Part shown: one piece after another, positions 12,848 to 25,037 of the stretch
Position numbering within the stretch: position 1 is the first letter of the stretch
Layout of the letters: every line of letters starts with the position of its first letter
NCBI GenBank assembly: GCA_025594325.1
Contig: JANHCV010000004.1
Location: forward strand, 2,170,001-2,234,000
DNA: 64,000 nt
From: Blastocladiella emersonii ATCC 22665
Taxonomy: Eukaryota > Fungi > Blastocladiomycota
Reading direction: 5' to 3'
Notes under the pieces: model-generated
The model's input: only the letters and a program-made list of their open reading frames with translations
Database searches by the model: none
What the model was told of the DNA's origin: nothing
Position numbers and translations under genes: made by a program

Positions 12848-14902
12848 TCACCCGCCCCGCCCCGTCAGCCGCGCGCCGAACCCCTTGTGCTCGTCGGACA
12901 GAATGTCGTCGAGCTTGAGGAAGTTCTCCTTGCGCGGCGACGAGACGGCCGCCGACTTTTTGATCTTGGCGTTGGTCGTGATGGCCACTGACTTGCCTTT
13001 GCCGCCCTCGTTCCCGCTCGGCATCGCGCCCGTGCTCTGGCCGCCGATATTGGACCCGCTGTGCCGCACGACGCGGCCGACGCCGCCGGACCCGGGCCGC
13101 AGCCCCTCCCCGGCGCCGAGGTGCGAGAGGCGCGCGATGATGGCCGTGGGCGCGGCCGCGAACCCGCCGGGTCCCGCGGCGAACGAGTTGCGGGCAAACG
13201 ACCGCGACGTGCGCATCGTGCGCTCGCCCGAGTAAGGTCCGTCCTCGTTGACGAACGACGCCGCGTCCTCCGAGTACACGTGGCTGCGCGGGAGCATCCC
13301 GAGCAGGTGCGTGTGGTGCGCCATGGCCCCCTGCGTGATCTCGTCGCGCTCGCCGAGCTGCGCCTTGTACTGCTCGATCATCTTCTGGACCACGGGCAGC
13401 GCCTCGCGCACCATGTCGAGCCGGATCGTGTCCGGGATCTCCGAGATGAGGCGGCGCTGGCCTTCCTCGATCCGGCGTTGCCGCTCCGACGACTTTTTCT
13501 TCTTGGCGTTGGTCTTCCACTTCTTGAACGTGTTGGTGATCTTGGCCTCTACAACACTCGCTGTCTGGTGTGAGTCGTCGTGCGCGGCGGTTGTACGCGA
13601 GCGAGCGTCGCACCCTCCGTGTCAGCCTACACATGCGCGACCGCCGTCAGTTCCGTGTCCTCGCTCCCCGCACGCATCGTTCGTACCATGGCCTTTGGAT
13701 CCTTGACCCCGCGCGCCGCCGCAATCACGGCCGTCCACGACGGCTTCGCTCCGCCCGCCGCCGCGCTCTCGTCAACCGACTTGGCCCTGGCGCGCGGGTT
13801 CGCCGCCGGCGCCAGCGCGCCCATCCCCATCCCCATGTCCATTTTGGGCGCGACCGGGATGAAGTCGATATCCGGCCGCGGCTTGCCGCCGACCTCGCCC
13901 TCGCCCGCGACGACCACCTGGAACACGGGTGCGGCGGCGGCAGCAGCACCGGCAGTGATCGTGGTCGTGGTACGCTGCGGCGGCGCGTCGGCGAAGGGGA
14001 CGCCGCCAGGCAGCAGGCCGAGATCCCCGCCGCCGCCGGGCCCCGAGACGGTCGGCAGGTGCGGCGACGTGCGCACGGGCTCAAGGCGCGCGGGCGGGCG
14101 TGGAATCCCCGCAGCGGCGGCACCAGGCGACGATGCGAGCGTGGCGGGTGCCGCGACGGGCGGCGACGTCGGCATCGCGACGGGTTCAGGCTCGTCGGCG
14201 GGCGCCGTCGTCGCGGTGCGCACCGCCGAGAGCACCTTGTCGACGATGGGCGCGGACGTGCACTCGAGGATCTTGGACGGGCTCGCCGACAGCGCGGACC
14301 GCGACGACGGCATGATCAGGTGTGAGTCCCCGCCACCGCTCGCTGCGCCGGGCAGGTCGGCGCGCGAGTGCGGCTGCGATGCGCGGCGCGAGTCGCTGGT
14401 AAGCCGCGCGGCGGCGGACGTGACCTGGTCGGACGACACGCTCGCGGTCACGGCGGCCATCTGCGTCACGAGCTGCGCGGCGGCCATGACGGACGCCGAG
14501 CTGCGCCGCCGCACGTTGATGCTGCTCGAGCTGCCGGGCGCGGACCGGCCCTGCGCCATGTTCGGGCGGATGTTGGTGGACCCGGCCACGGATTGCGGTT
14601 CGGACGCGGGGATGTCGATGAGCGGCGCCGGCTCGTGGAACTCGTCTTCGGCTAGCTTGCTCACAATGTTGTTGAACGGGCCCTGCTCGACAATCGACTG
14701 CCGCCGCCGCTCCTGGAACACGCGGAACGTCTGCTCGACATCTGTCGACGCGCGGTTGGGGTGAGCGTCTTGCGGTTAGTATGAGGGATGAGGGATAGGT
14801 ACCCTTGTACGAGTCGTCAATCTTGGCCAGCACCTCGGGAATCGGCTGGCGCTGCGCGGACTGCATCAGCTCCGACAGCGCCGGGTGGGCGACGGGGGTC
14901 AT
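12848..14902 (-). CDS. Hypothetical protein of 622 aa: largely low-complexity, with helical N- and C-terminal segments; includes a 13-nt micro-exon
   Basis: Exons are 14902-14803, 14741-13687, 13626-13614 and 13548-12848. Introns of 61, 60 and 65 nt have GTACC/GTACG/GTGCG donors and CAG/TGTAG acceptors. The spliced length (1869 nt) is in frame and shows strong C/G third-position bias. I recognise no family. Confidence 0.75.
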
Positions 14903-15181
14903 GCGACGGCCACTCATTCTAGCAATCTATTTCATTCAGTCTCGGGTATAGAGTCCATGCATGGGGTCCAGCAATGGGAGTTGCGAGGGTCAAGTCGCGT
15001 CGCGAGACTTGAGACGCGACGTGAGACGCGACCTGAGCCATCATGTGAGGTGAGCCAATCAGCACTGTTCGGCTCAGCCACAGCGGGTCAACCAGCCCCT
15101 GGCCGCCGTCGCCGTCGCCGTCTTCAACCCGCAGCCGAGCTCGTCTGTTCAATCTCTCCCGCACACGGATCGATTTCTAAA

Positions 15182-17013
15182 ATGGTATAAGACCTACCAC
15201 ATGCAGCGCAATGTATCGCGGTCGGCGCGGCCACCGACAGAAGACGTCCGCGCGGCCCTCGGCGCCGCGGGACTGCCGCCTTGCCCCCGCGGCACGCTGG
15301 ATGGATGGCCGTGCCGACCGCTGCACACTCGTCACCCCGCCGTCGCGAACAGCTCACTCACCACCAACCGCTCCGATTTCCGTCCATCCCTGTGCGCTCC
15401 TCGCCACCGCCTCGTAACGTGCTCCTCTGGCTGCGTGCCTTGCTTGTGGTTCTCGTCGCTGCTACGTGGTGGTGATTCCCACAGGCTCGCGGTCCCAAGA
15501 AGCACCTTAAGCGCCTCGCGGCGCCCAAGCACTGGATGCTGGACAAGCTGACCGGCACCTGGGCTCCCCGCCCGTCGGCCGGCCCGCACAAGCTCCGCGA
15601 GTGCCTGCCGCTCGTTGTGTTCCTGCGCAACCGCCTCAAGTACGCCCTCACGGGCAAGGAGGTGACCTCGATCCTTATGCAGCGTCTTGTCAAGGTCGAC
15701 GGCAAGGTCCGCACCGACTCCACCTACCCCGCCGGTCTCATGGGTACGCTGAAAAGGTGGAGAGATTTGGCAAGACGGGCACTGGATTTCGCGACGACTC
15801 TTTGAGACCTCGACAAAAACCCCAACCCGCTCTACCGGGCTCGCGCCGGCCTGGCGGGTTCCCCCTGGCCGCTGCTGGGCTCGTGTGTGTGCGGTGATTC
15901 GCCTCGCGAGCCCTGGTGGTCGTCGGAGCCCGCTTGATCGGTGTGGCCCGAGCGAAAAATCCACGGTTCGCATGCCTCGCTGGTTCGCTCGCGTTCACAG
16001 CCTCTGGGCGTGAGCGGACCAGCGTTGATCTTGCGCCGTGGTCTCGTCGGCCGGCACCTCGGTGTCGCCCGGCGGGTGGCTCTTTCCCTCATCGACGTGG
16101 CCTACTGCAGCGCGCAAGCGTTCGCACTGGTCCCCGCGCTCCACTGTATGCGCGCGTGTACGTGTTGCTGGCCCGCAGCCTCTCGGACAGCTCGTTGCTC
16201 CCACCCCGCCCTCGGCGTGGTCGGTACTCGATCTCCGCGTCCCGCCGCCGTGAACCTCGGTTTGCCGTGCGCGCTGGCCGCCGATCCAAGATGACGGACG
16301 GATACGTTGGGCTCCCCTTGTCGTTTCACCCTCCCTCGTGTCGACTCGATCTTCCAGTGCTCGGTCTTGTCGGCGTCGGTGGTCTTGGTCGGTGGTGTTC
16401 GTTCGCGGGCACCAAGACCGAGTCACCGCGCCGCACGATTCGACACACGGTCCGTTTCTCTAACCCCTCGCTCCTACCTTCCCCGCTCGCAGACGTGATC
16501 TCCCTCGAGAAGACTGGTGAGGCTTTCCGTCTCATCTACGACGTCAAGGGTCGCTTCACGATCCACCGCATCACCGCCGAGGAGGCCTCGTACAAGCTCC
16601 TCAAGGTCAAGAAGGTCAAGCTCTCGGCCAAGGGCGTCCCCGTCATCGTGACCCACGACGGCCGCACGGTCCGCTACCCCGACCCGATGATCAAGGCCAA
16701 CGACACGGTCAAGTTCGACCTCGAGTCGGGCAAGATCTCGGGCTTCGCCAAGTTCGAGTCGGGCAACCTCGCCATGATCACTGGTGGCCGCAACATGGGC
16801 CGTGTCGGTGTCATCACCCACCGCGAGAAGCACCCCGGCGGTTTCGACATTGTCCACGTCAAGGACGCCAACGAGCGCCAGTTCGCCACCCGTCTGACCA
16901 ACGTCTTCGTCATTGGTCAGGGCAACAAGCCCTGGATCTCGCTCCCCAAGGAGCGTGGTCTCAAGCTCACCATTGCCGAGGAGCGCGACCGCCGCCGTGC
17001 CCAGAAGGCCTAA
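15182..17013 (+). CDS. RPS4: 40S ribosomal protein eS4, 3 exons, 260 aa
   Basis: The protein reads M|[22 protein letters not shown]...TYPAGLM|DVISLEK...[16 protein letters not shown]. Exons are 15182-15184 (ATG only), 15485-15743 and 16493-17013. Introns are 300 and 749 nt; a CTAAC branch point lies near 16460. Confidence 0.97.
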
Positions 17014-17356
17014 GCGAGACTCCCGTCTCGTCTATGGTGCTTTTGGTCGGCCGTTGGTCCGTGTCGGTCCCGGCTCGGAATATACTGCCGATTTGAACAA
17101 TCTTGTCTCGCTCTCCCATGTCTGTGTTCGTGGCCACCGTGCTCGCTGTCCCTCGTCTTCGTCCCTGGTCACCGTCTGTCCCTCAGCTTCCTGAATCGAT
17201 GTTCAGTGTGGCCACTCGTCGGCGTCGTTCTCCGTGGCCATCCTGGGCCAGCATGAACCTCATCGGGGCCGTGATGAAATGCCGTTTCACCATGGCCGCG
17301 AACACGATGGCCGGCGTCGCGGACCTGTTGCAGGACCTCGAGCCGGTGCGTGATGA

Positions 17357-18806
<1,450 letters not shown>

Positions 18807-18919
18807 GTCGATGGACGTGGAACAGCTGATGCGCGGAACGGACGAATATAAAAACAAAATCAGTTCAATGTGTTAAAACTCTGCATGGGATATCTCTCTC
18901 TGATCGCGCCTGCTCGGCC

Positions 18920-19880
18920 TCACTCGCCCTTGGCGCGGCCCGACTTCTCGACGCCCTTGGCCGACGCCGAGGAGGGCAGCTTGGCCGCGAAGCTGGCCTT
19001 CTGCGGCATGGTGTTCTCGGCGGTGGGCTCCTTGTGCGACCCGCCGAGCTTGTCCCAGAGCGTGAAATACTGTCCGTAGTTGTAGTTGAACTCGAGGTGG
19101 TGGACCGTGTGGTGGGCGGCGCCGTTGATGAAGGTGCCCGAGACGAGGTAGGCGCCGTCGTGGATGAAGACGGTCCAGGCCATGACGAACAGGAACAGGC
19201 CGAGGTACAGGTACTTGTGCAGCGGGAACAGCAGCGGGAAAATGTGGTAGGGCAGGGCCTGCAGCGCGCCGTCCTGTTGAGCGCGGTGGTCAGAACACGA
19301 GTGCGGTGCAACGCGAGGGGAGTGAGCGTACCAGCGGGTGGAACGCGTAGGCGGCAAACGGCGTGGGCACCTTCCACGCGTGGTGCGGCTTGTGGACGTA
19401 GGCGTAGACGGCGGGGTGGTGCTCCCAGCGGTGGATCCAGTAGATGCACATGTCGGTGAAGAGGAGGTAGAAGGGGACGGTGGCGAGCAGGTACGCCCAG
19501 CCGTAGTCGCTGACGTTGTCGTAGATCTTGCCGTGGCCACGCATCTCGAGGACGAAGAAGGGCGTGAGCAGCGCCGACATGACGGGCAGCGACTGCAGCG
19601 ACAGCGCCATCTCGCGGCGGACCTGGTTGGGCAGGAACTTTGGGTGCCGCATCTGGTCGTGGTCGAAGATCAGGTAGTAGCTCGCCGTCGCCATGAGCAG
19701 GTACAGGACGATCGCGCCGACCGCGTTCAGCACGCCCAGCGACAGCGTCTGCCGGAACACGGCGTCGCGCGCGAGCAGGTGCGCCGCGGCGGTTTGGGGG
19801 GAGACGGGCAGCGCCGCGGCCAGCGCCTCGTAGGTCGCGTCGAGGAACAGCGGGTCTGCAAAGTCGAGTATGAGATCCAT
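18920..19880 (-). CDS. ERG3: C-5 sterol desaturase / lathosterol oxidase, 2 exons, 300 aa
   Basis: Histidine boxes [14 protein letters not shown] and HHTVHH, plus FAAYAFHPL|DG and [11 protein letters not shown]. The intron is 19331-19274 (58 nt). Confidence 0.94.
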
Positions 19881-20557
19881 GTTGGGTATCGTGTGTTGTT
19901 GTTCGAGGAGGGGCGAGAGAGCGAGGACGAGAGGCGAGGGACCCTAGGGACGGACGCGACCCGCCGGAGCTCTTTGACTGAGTCGGACGCGCGGATTCGG
20001 TCCCCTCGGCGTTATTTTCGGCCGGCCCGCGCGCAAAATTGGTGTGCACGGCGCGGATCAAGGTTCGCTCCGTCGGATAAGGCGCGCCGAGTCGGGCCGA
20101 CCCGACTGCAGCGGGTCATGGTCGCTGGCCGGGCGGCCTCAAGGAGCCGTGCGAACTCGGCGATCGGCGAGAGCGGCGATCCACCGCCACCGAGTCCAGC
20201 GCCGAGGAGGCCGGGCGGGAGACACACGACGCGTCGCTGTGACGCACGGCGAGGTGGCCGCGACGGGACGTGACGGACGCGGTGCGTGCGGTGACTGCGA
20301 AGGGGACCGCGTGGGAACTCGGTCCCCGTGCCGCGGACGCGTCTCGCACCTGCGGCGTGGGCGCACGTGCGGCTGCAGGTCGGCCCGCCGGTGATGTCAC
20401 GGCCCGGCGCGATCTGTCTCGCATCGCCTGCCTCGCCTCGCAACTCTACTCTACGCCCGCCCTCATCGCCCTCTCCTTCTCTCTCCACATACCCCTCGCC
20501 GATCGCCCATGTAACGCTGCCTGCAACCGCTCGCCGCAATCCGTCGCTACCACCACC

Positions 20558-21673
20558 ATGTCAAGACCGCTGCCCGACGCGGCCGCCGTCGCCGAGCCGC
20601 TGCTGCACCCGCCGCCGCCGACCAAGGCGCCCCCACCCGCACCCGCGCCGCCATCGCGCCCGTCAATCCTCCACCTCGCGCTGCTGCGCTTCCTCCTGCT
20701 GCTGCGGTCCATGTGGCTGTCGCTCGAGCTGTCGTGGGTCACGCTGCAGTGCCTCGGCGAGTGGTGGGCCTTCTCGCTCGCCACCGCCGACCCGCCGTCG
20801 TGGGCGTCGCGTATCGGTGGACTCGTGCTCAGCCCGTTCGACCCCGCCGCGCGGGAACGGATAGACGATCGGCCGGTCATCGCTGTCGCTGCCGCTGCCG
20901 CTGCCGCCCGCCCGAGAAAGGCGTCGCCATCCACGGCTGCACCAGCGCACGTCGCCATCATCGGCCCGTGCGCCGCGCCCGAAGCGTGGGGACCCTACGC
21001 GCCGTCACAGGCTGTGTGCCGCATGCTGCTTCCGCGCGCGTGGGTGCCCTCGCCCGAGGCGCAGATCATGGCGGCCGTGACGCGGCTCGTGCACGCGATC
21101 CCAGCCACCACGCTCAAGTCGGTGACGGTCCTGCTGACGCCGGGGCTCGACTCGGGCGCGCTCCTCGCCGAGCTGCACGCCGCGTCGCACGTGCTGCCGC
21201 GCCCGCTCGAGGTCGTGACGCCGCGCGCCGCCGCCGCCCTCACCACGTCCGCCGCCAGCACCGCGGCCGGTGGGGGCGGCGCCGCCTCGCTCATGTCCGT
21301 GGCGTCCGTGTCGCGCACCAACGCGCTGAAACCCGCGTCCGCCCGCGTCGGCGCGCACGGCGACCGGCCGGGTGCCACGCTCACCGTGTATCTGGCTGAC
21401 CCGGCGCTGCACGGGAAGCCGCTCGTCGCGCGGTACGCGAGCCCCGTGCTGAGCCCGACCGAGGCCGACCCCGCGCGCATCTCGCGGGCCGTCCTGCCCG
21501 ACCCGGACCTCCTCATCGTCGCCGTGCCGAGCCCGGTCCTCCTCGGGTTCCCGCCGTGGGGGCTTCGCGTCACCGAGATCCACCACGAGCGCGCCGCGTG
21601 GTGGCTCACGCCCGCACGCGTCGCGAGGGCGCTGCGCCGGTACCGCGTCGTCGAGCAGCGGTACGGCAAGTAG
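20558..21673 (+). CDS. NUS1: Dehydrodolichyl-diphosphate synthase complex subunit Nus1/NgBR, 371 aa
   Basis: An N-terminal hydrophobic segment is followed by PAHVAII, PDPDLLIV and GFPPWGLRVTEI. The C-terminus EQRYGK* carries the RXG motif of the Nus1/NgBR family. Confidence 0.85.
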   Translation: MSRPLPDAAAVAEPLLHPPPPTKAPPPAPAPPSRPSILHLALLRFLLLLRSMWLSLELSWVTLQCLGEWWAFSLATADPPSWASRIGGLVLSPFDPAARERIDDRPVIAVAAAAAAARPRKASPSTAAPAHVAIIGPCAAPEAWGPYAPSQAVCRMLLPRAWVPSPEAQIMAAVTRLVHAIPATTLKSVTVLLTPGLDSGALLAELHAASHVLPRPLEVVTPRAAAALTTSAASTAAGGGGAASLMSVASVSRTNALKPASARVGAHGDRPGATLTVYLADPALHGKPLVARYASPVLSPTEADPARISRAVLPDPDLLIVAVPSPVLLGFPPWGLRVTEIHHERAAWWLTPARVARALRRYRVVEQRYGK

Positions 21674-22233
21674 ACTTAGATGAGCATCTGTCCAATACAT
21701 TACACACGCAACGGTGATGATGATGTCTGTCGCAGCCCGCGATGCTTCTCGACGCTAGCTGGGCTTGGGAGAGAACAAGCGCCACCGATGCGTCGGAGAC
21801 AGCCAGTAATACTCGCTCGCGGCGATGGTGGCTTGCCACTGCCGCGCCGTGGCGTAGTCGCTCGCTCGGCCCCGCCGACCTCCATCAGCTTGCCCTCCCT
21901 CCCTCCCTCGCAAGCAAGCAAGCTGGCACTTAACGCACTGATTTCCCGAAGCCTCGCCGCTGCAGCTGCTGCGGACCCTTCTTGCTTAGACCACGGAGAA
22001 GACGACGTGAAGGAGCGCGCGCGCCAAGAAGACCCCACGCGCGCCCGCACCTTACCCTTCGCTTTCTCCCTTGCCGCCCGCCCGAATCCTTGGCGTCGTA
22101 ACCTTCGCTCTCGCTCTCACTCTCTCGCTCCACCACAATCCCTTGCATCCCTCGCGGCCGTCGCCCATCCTCGCGCGGCGCATTCCATCCACTCTACGCA
22201 TCGCTCCACTCGCATCACCACGCATCAACAACC

Positions 22234-23733
22234 ATGGTCACACGGCGGCCTCTTACTACCTCGTCCGCCTCGGCGCTCCTCGCGCTCGTCGCGGTGCTCG
22301 CCGCGCTCGCCGCCGTGCGCACGGCGCACGCGCACCCGATGCAGGTGTCGCCGTCGTTCACGGGCAAGCCGCTGGGCGGTGGCATCGCGCCCAAGTACGT
22401 CAACGACGTGGCCGTGAGCAACGCGTTCCAGATCAAGTTCAGCTGTGCCGCCGACCCGACCTTCTGCCAGCGCGCCGAGAAGGCGTTCCAGCGCGCCGCC
22501 CAGCGCATCGCCTCCGAGTTCAAGTTCCGCCGCACCGTCAACCTCGACCTCAGCATGTTCCTGCCGTGCGGGTCCGCCACGCCCGCGGCGACCTGCTCCG
22601 AGGCGACCACGCTCGGCTACGCCATGCCGACCCAGCGGTTCCCCGTCAAGCACAAGGACGACGGCAAGACGTACCTGTGGCCGACGGCGCTGCTCAAGCA
22701 GACGGATTTCGCGGCGATTGACAAGGGCCAGGTCAAGTGGCCCACGTACGACATCCAGGCGCGGTTCAACGCCGCGCGCAACTGGTGGTTCTCGGACGAC
22801 GCCGACGCGATGCGCACCGACCAGCGCGACCTCGAGGCCGTGGCGCTGCACGAGTTCCTGCACGGTCTGGGCTTTGGCGACGACACGCTCATGTCGCTGC
22901 AGTTCAGCGACAAGAACCCGGCGCTGATGCCGTACTACGACTCGACGCCGCCAAGCGTGCAGCCGCCGCCCGAGATCACCGACTCGTCGCCCGTCGTGTT
23001 CAACGGCCAGGCCTTCTTCCGCCTCACGCAGCCGTCCATCTGGAACCGGTTCACGTTCCTCAACGGGTCGCTCGTCGCAAAGTACATTGAGCCGCTGCAG
23101 ACGGCGCTCGACAACTCGATCAAGGCCAAGACGCTCGCGTCGGACCCGAAGCTGTCGAGCGTCGCGGGCACCAGCTCGTCGGACCCGGGGTACTCGCCCG
23201 AGGCCGCCTTCGCCGTCCTCGCCAACGACCCGACCGCGCGGTCCGCCATGACCACGCTGTACGCGCTCGGCATCCGCGCCGGGTCGCTCGAGTTCCGCCC
23301 CAACGCGTGGCCGCCCGGCAGCAACGCCGCGACCCAGGCCATGACGCTCGAGTCCGGGCTCAACCCGTACCTTGAGGGCTCGTCGTTCGCGCACATCACC
23401 ATCGCTGCCAACAAGACCTCCGAGTTCATCATGGTCTACAAGGCCGTGTCCACCTCGCTCGACGTCACCATCAAGTCGACCCAGGCGCCGCAGTCGGGCA
23501 TCGGCAAGGCCACCAAGGACGTCATGCTCGCTCTCGGGTACACGCCCGCCGGCGCGTCGACGTTCAAGTCGTTTGCGAGCCTCGCTGAGATCCAGGCCGC
23601 CGCGCTCGTCCCCGGATCCGGATCGGGTAGTGGGGATAGCGGGACCGCCGCGTCGGCTGCTGCGCCAGGAGGAGTCCGTGGTGGCGTCGTGGCCGCCGTC
23701 CTCGCGTTCGCGGCCATGGTCGCTGTCGCGTAA
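22234..23733 (+). CDS. Secreted, probably GPI-anchored zincin-like metalloprotease, 499 aa, no introns
   Basis: Signal peptide ...LLALVAVLAALAAVRTAHA; motif ALHEFLHGLGF (HEXXH at 22849-22863); a later GSSFAH motif; a Ser/Gly linker and a hydrophobic C-terminal tail (GVVAAVLAFAAMVAVA*). Confidence 0.85.
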   Translation: MVTRRPLTTSSASALLALVAVLAALAAVRTAHAHPMQVSPSFTGKPLGGGIAPKYVNDVAVSNAFQIKFSCAADPTFCQRAEKAFQRAAQRIASEFKFRRTVNLDLSMFLPCGSATPAATCSEATTLGYAMPTQRFPVKHKDDGKTYLWPTALLKQTDFAAIDKGQVKWPTYDIQARFNAARNWWFSDDADAMRTDQRDLEAVALHEFLHGLGFGDDTLMSLQFSDKNPALMPYYDSTPPSVQPPPEITDSSPVVFNGQAFFRLTQPSIWNRFTFLNGSLVAKYIEPLQTALDNSIKAKTLASDPKLSSVAGTSSSDPGYSPEAAFAVLANDPTARSAMTTLYALGIRAGSLEFRPNAWPPGSNAATQAMTLESGLNPYLEGSSFAHITIAANKTSEFIMVYKAVSTSLDVTIKSTQAPQSGIGKATKDVMLALGYTPAGASTFKSFASLAEIQAAALVPGSGSGSGDSGTAASAAAPGGVRGGVVAAVLAFAAMVAVA

Positions 23734-24106
23734 CCCCACTTCACTTGTACAATACTTGGCACAGATATATACACATGCAGATCATACGCTTGAACACCTC
23801 GTGGTCGCGGACTGAGTGATGGACGCGTTCTCCCGCGCGACCGTGGCCGTGGCCTGGGTCGTCGTGGCCATGGCCATCGTGACGGTGCACGACTTCGTCC
23901 TCCCCGTAAAATCTCACGGCGCACGCGTGCGCATAGATGCGCGGCAACGATGTCGTATAGATTCGCTGCGGCGGCACCACATGACCGCGTTGCTCGGACG
24001 GTTTAGAAGATTCGTACTATACCGCAGCTGACCGTGGCCATCGCCTCGCAGGTCCCGATTCACCGTACCGATCCCCTCGAGAGGGCACCGTATGTGCTTG
24101 TCAATG

Positions 24107-24150
24107 TATAAAAATAGCGTTTCTTCGCATAAAACTCTCTCTCTCTCTCT
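24107..24150 (+). promoter_or_regulatory. TATA-like box and (CT)n tract upstream of the protease pseudogene
   Basis: TATAAAAA at 24107-24114, CATAAAA near 24128 and (CT)8 at 24135-24150, all just upstream of the ATG at 24179. Confidence 0.45.
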
Positions 24151-24178
24151 ATCGACCGTCATATTATCTCTCTCCAAG

Positions 24179-24650
24179 ATGCATCGTACTCTGCTTGCGC
24201 TCCCGGCCATCGCGGCCATGATCGCCACGGCGGCCGCCGGCCGTTTACTTCTCGCATCACCCTCAACTTCTGGCGACTTTTCCAGCAGGGCTCTCGTTAC
24301 CCTTTGCGAAGACAATGTCGGAAACGCGTTAGACATCAAGTTCAACTGCACGACCAACCAAACCCGCTGCGACAAGGCGGATCGCTCGTTCATGGGGGCC
24401 GCCCACGCATCGCGTCCGAGTTCAGGTTGCGCCGCACCGTAGTACGCGATGAGCAGGAGAACGAATGAAGAGGAAGAAACACCTTGGGTTCCGCCGGGCA
24501 CGGGGTGTGGCAGTTGAGCTCGCTCGTTGTGAGGGGACTCGGTGCTGGTGCTGCTGTTGCGCTGCTCGTCCACCGACGGGTCGGCACCGGATCCAAGCGC
24601 GAATCGACCTTCGGCTTTGATGCAATCAGCTTTGATCCCGAGGCTGGCCT
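24179..24650 (+). pseudogene. Frameshifted, internally deleted paralog of the upstream metalloprotease
   Basis: It has its own signal peptide. GNALDIKFNCTTNQTRCDKADRSFMGAAH-RIASEFRLRRTV aligns to the parent SNAFQIKFSCAADPTFCQRAEKAFQRAAQRIASEFKFRRTV. There is a 1-nt deletion near 24405 (CACGC vs CAGCGC), with stops at 24440 (shifted frame) and 24466 (homologous frame). Weaker traces follow: NTLGSA vs TTLGYA, and a shared GCGCTGCTC (ALL). Confidence 0.85.
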
Positions 24651-25037
24651 AAGCGCGAGCAAGACGCGGCACGCTGTCCGCTTCGCAACGGGAAGTCGAG
24701 CACAAGGCTGTGCCGATTGTTGTCGTCTTTGAATCTAGTTATCCGTTGTGTTATAAATGTTCAGCGCAAGCTTTTGTTTCCTGCCTCACATGTGGATTCC
24801 TCGAGCGTGGGCGTCAGTGTTGATCGGAGTGAAGGCGCGATGCGTAACGTAAGCAGCGACGCGATGCGCCACGGCGCCGATCCGTGCGAGCCCGAGTGAT
24901 GGATGGTGGCTCAGCAGCTGTCCCCCGATTTTCGCAAAAGTTGCACGCCCTCTCCCTCTCGACCGCGACCTCACCTCAGATACAACGTAACATAAAAGCC
25001 TCCTAAACCCACGTTCAGCTGCTCCTCACTTCAAGCA

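Noticed and set aside
18920-21673. ERG3 and NUS1 as a divergent isoprenoid gene cluster
   Set aside because: Two genes from different branches of the pathway, with no other pathway genes or shared motif; adjacency is likely coincidental.
23741-24031. His-rich minus-strand ORF (HRHDGHGHDDPGHGHG) and the overlapping plus-strand hydrophobic ORF MDAFSRATVAVAWVVVAMAIV
   Set aside because: CAC/CAT His codons are the complements of GTG/ATG, so each ORF explains the other. Neither has homology or clear gene signals. The plus ORF remains a weak signal-peptide candidate only.
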